Source: Heteronotia binoei
Lineage: Eukaryota
Direction: 5' to 3'
DNA length: 64,000 nt
NCBI RefSeq assembly: GCF_032191835.1
Contig: NC_083228.1
Span: forward strand, 91,884,001 to 91,948,000
Shown here: one piece after another, positions 61,806 through 64,000 of the stretch
Position numbering within the stretch: the stretch's first letter is position 1
Layout of the letters: every line of letters starts with the position of its first letter
Position numbers and translations under genes: made by a program
The notes under the pieces: model-generated
What the model was told of the DNA's origin: nothing
The model's input: the letters and a program-made list of their open reading frames with translations, nothing else
Databases searched by the model: none

Positions 61806-64000
61806 CTCTTCTCTTTTGCCCCCATCTTTCTCAATCTACCCTCCTTCTCTGATAACCTACCTCACTTTCTTCATTTCCCTTCCCAACTGCTGCCTGCTTG
61901 ACATACCTTGCCTCACCCTATCTTTCCCTTCCCTCCTCAACTCCTACTTGCCAAGGCCATGACACTCCCCCACAACAAATTTCTAGTGTCTGTTGTATTT
62001 CTCTCCCCAAGGGGCCTTATTACTAGTATAGAATAAAATCAATTGTACCTGAATGCTCGGACTGATTTGGCTCATCTAGGCTCCAGGCAGAGGGCTCTCC
62101 CATCTCTGCTGCCTGAGAGACTTTCCCCTGAAGATACTGGACATTTAACATGGAACTTTCTGTGCATACTGAGCAATTGTCCATCCCAACAATAATAATT
62201 TTGCTATTCAAAAAATGGTATTAAAGAATCCACAAATACCACATCAATTCACCTAGAAGTGATACACAGTCACATAGTTCTAAACAGCTTTACTTTAAAT
62301 CTTATTTACAGGACACTTGTATACTCTGAAGCCAATTAAATTAGTGGCTATTTAACTATTTTTCAGAAAGCTCAGAAGCTGAGTTAATTGCAATGCCCCT
62401 TCCATAGGATCAGGTGAAAATAAAGAATGCATGGCACAAAAATAAATCTCCATGCTAATACTCTCAGAATGACCCTTATGCTTACAAGGGGCTTTGGGGG
62501 GGGGGGGTGGTCAATAACAACTTGCTTGGAAAAGCTCAGTATGGCAGCACTAGAATGCACATAGAGTAAGATAAATATAGCTGAATTGCTGAGTCTTGTT
62601 AGTACAGTTTATGTAACTGCAGCAGGAAACTGTTGCATTCATCACCAAAGAACAGCTCATACAAATAAAGGTATTTGACGTCATCCTGTCTACTTACATA
62701 CATACAACTAGGCAACAGCATCAATAGCAGGAGCTGCAGAGCAAGTTCATAAATGCTAGGGAAGAACAGAGACCACATTCAAACCAAGGAATGCCTAGTA
62801 AAGAAGATATATGCCCATAGGACTTGTTCAAAGGCCTAAACAAGAAGAAGAATTTTAACTTGGGCTACTGGACCTTTTGCCATTCAGATGACAATTTCAA
62901 TAAAGATACTAAAAGAATTTTTTTTAAATGGTGCAGCCACTGGGGTCACAACACAATTGGGCAAGAAACTTTGCTCAGACTCTGCAGAAACAAAACAGTT
63001 GTTCAGATTACGTTCTACACTGATAATTGCTTTGTCCTTTGATCTGAACAAGATGCAGGAGTAAACTGCACGAAATGTAGATGATTAGCAGTGCAATCCT
63101 AAACAGAGTTACATCCTTCTGAGCCTATTGACCAAAACAGGCTTTGTTTAGAAAGCCTTTATGTTTAAATAACTGGAAGCTACAACAGACTCTGCTGCAA
63201 GAACTTCTTTTTAACTGGTTCCTCAGTACTATGATCCTCTTTAAATTGCTACCTCTCTGAAGTTTGTCCCACTTGGGAAAAATATAGAGTACTTGTCTTC
63301 TTCAGTGGTTAGGCTGTGGAAATCTGAACTCTAGTTCCTGCCCTGCCATAAGAACCTAATTGGGTGTCTTTGTGCCAGTTACTACAATCAATCACCCTAA
63401 CCCACTTAACAGGATTGTTGTGAGAGTACAGTGGAGGAGGAAAGAGCCCACTAAACATAACTCCTTAGAGGAAGCATTGGATAATATGTAGGTAGAGAAG
63501 GCTGTAGGGCTTCCGTAAAAAAGAAGTAGAAACTTTAGAATATCTAACCATGGAGTTTCTTTATTTTATGCACTTTGTTCCATAGGTAAAATTTGCTTTT
63601 TCAGAATTGACCATAATGTCCATGGGCAACATCCTGAATTTCTAATGCTGTGTAATAACAAGGAAATATGGAGTATAAATAAATAAATAAAATAAAATTC
63701 ATTAAGGCTAAAACAATCAATGACATTTCAGGATCTCCTGAACTTCAAACAAATATTTGCTTTCAGGCTGTATACTGAAAAAAACTCTCTAATAAAATAA
63801 ATTGGGGGGAAGAATCCTAGATTGCAAAAAAATATGTGTAAGATCAGTTTGCTTGGTAAAGATTATGGTGAGAGATAGCTCAGCTACTGTCCCAAATACT
63901 GTACTCACTTGACTGTCAGCTACCTGTCAAGTAACTGCTTTGGATGATCTGTACCCTAAGTGGTGTGATATGGTAACACCATTCTCATGCGTGCCATCTT

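Noticed and set aside
3580-62616. Six TTATGTAA D-boxes as evidence of a clock-controlled locus
   Set aside because: About this many are expected by chance for an AT-rich 8-mer on both strands of 64 kb.
1-64000. CRISPR arrays, operons, tRNA genes or prokaryote-type systems
   Set aside because: The sequence is eukaryotic. No regularly spaced repeat-spacer arrays were seen, and the tRNA-like segments are SINE heads.

Overview
Vertebrate genomic DNA. The repeat landscape points to a squamate, most likely a gecko: Sauria SINEs, other tRNA-derived SINEs, a 5S-derived SINE, L1, L2, Penelope remnants and many hAT MITEs. Only one protein-coding gene can be firmly identified: a minus-strand synaptobrevin (VAMP1/2/3 family). 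Coding exons 2-5 were reconstructed with canonical GT-AG junctions (42647-42770, 37300-37458, 35823-35874, 32543-32559), giving a 117-aa protein if the usual AT|G split start exon is assumed; exon 1 was not firmly located. The protein mixes VAMP1-, VAMP2- and VAMP3-diagnostic residues and has large introns. None of the mammalian VAMP neighbours is recognisable nearby, so it may be a fourth synaptobrevin ohnolog lost in mammals (inference). It also carries Asp-to-Asn changes in both clostridial-neurotoxin recognition motifs. The left end holds a CpG-rich bidirectional promoter (~1.4-2.6 kb) with divergent splice donors and no recognisable ORF. A pseudogenised, 3'-truncated hAT/BED-finger transposon spans ~8.35-12.0 kb. 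About a dozen non-autonomous hAT elements retain 8-bp target-site duplications, and one closely resembles primate MER1/Charlie3. Most ORFs in the supplied track are spurious or repeat-derived. No database searches were possible, so family names rest on motif recognition.
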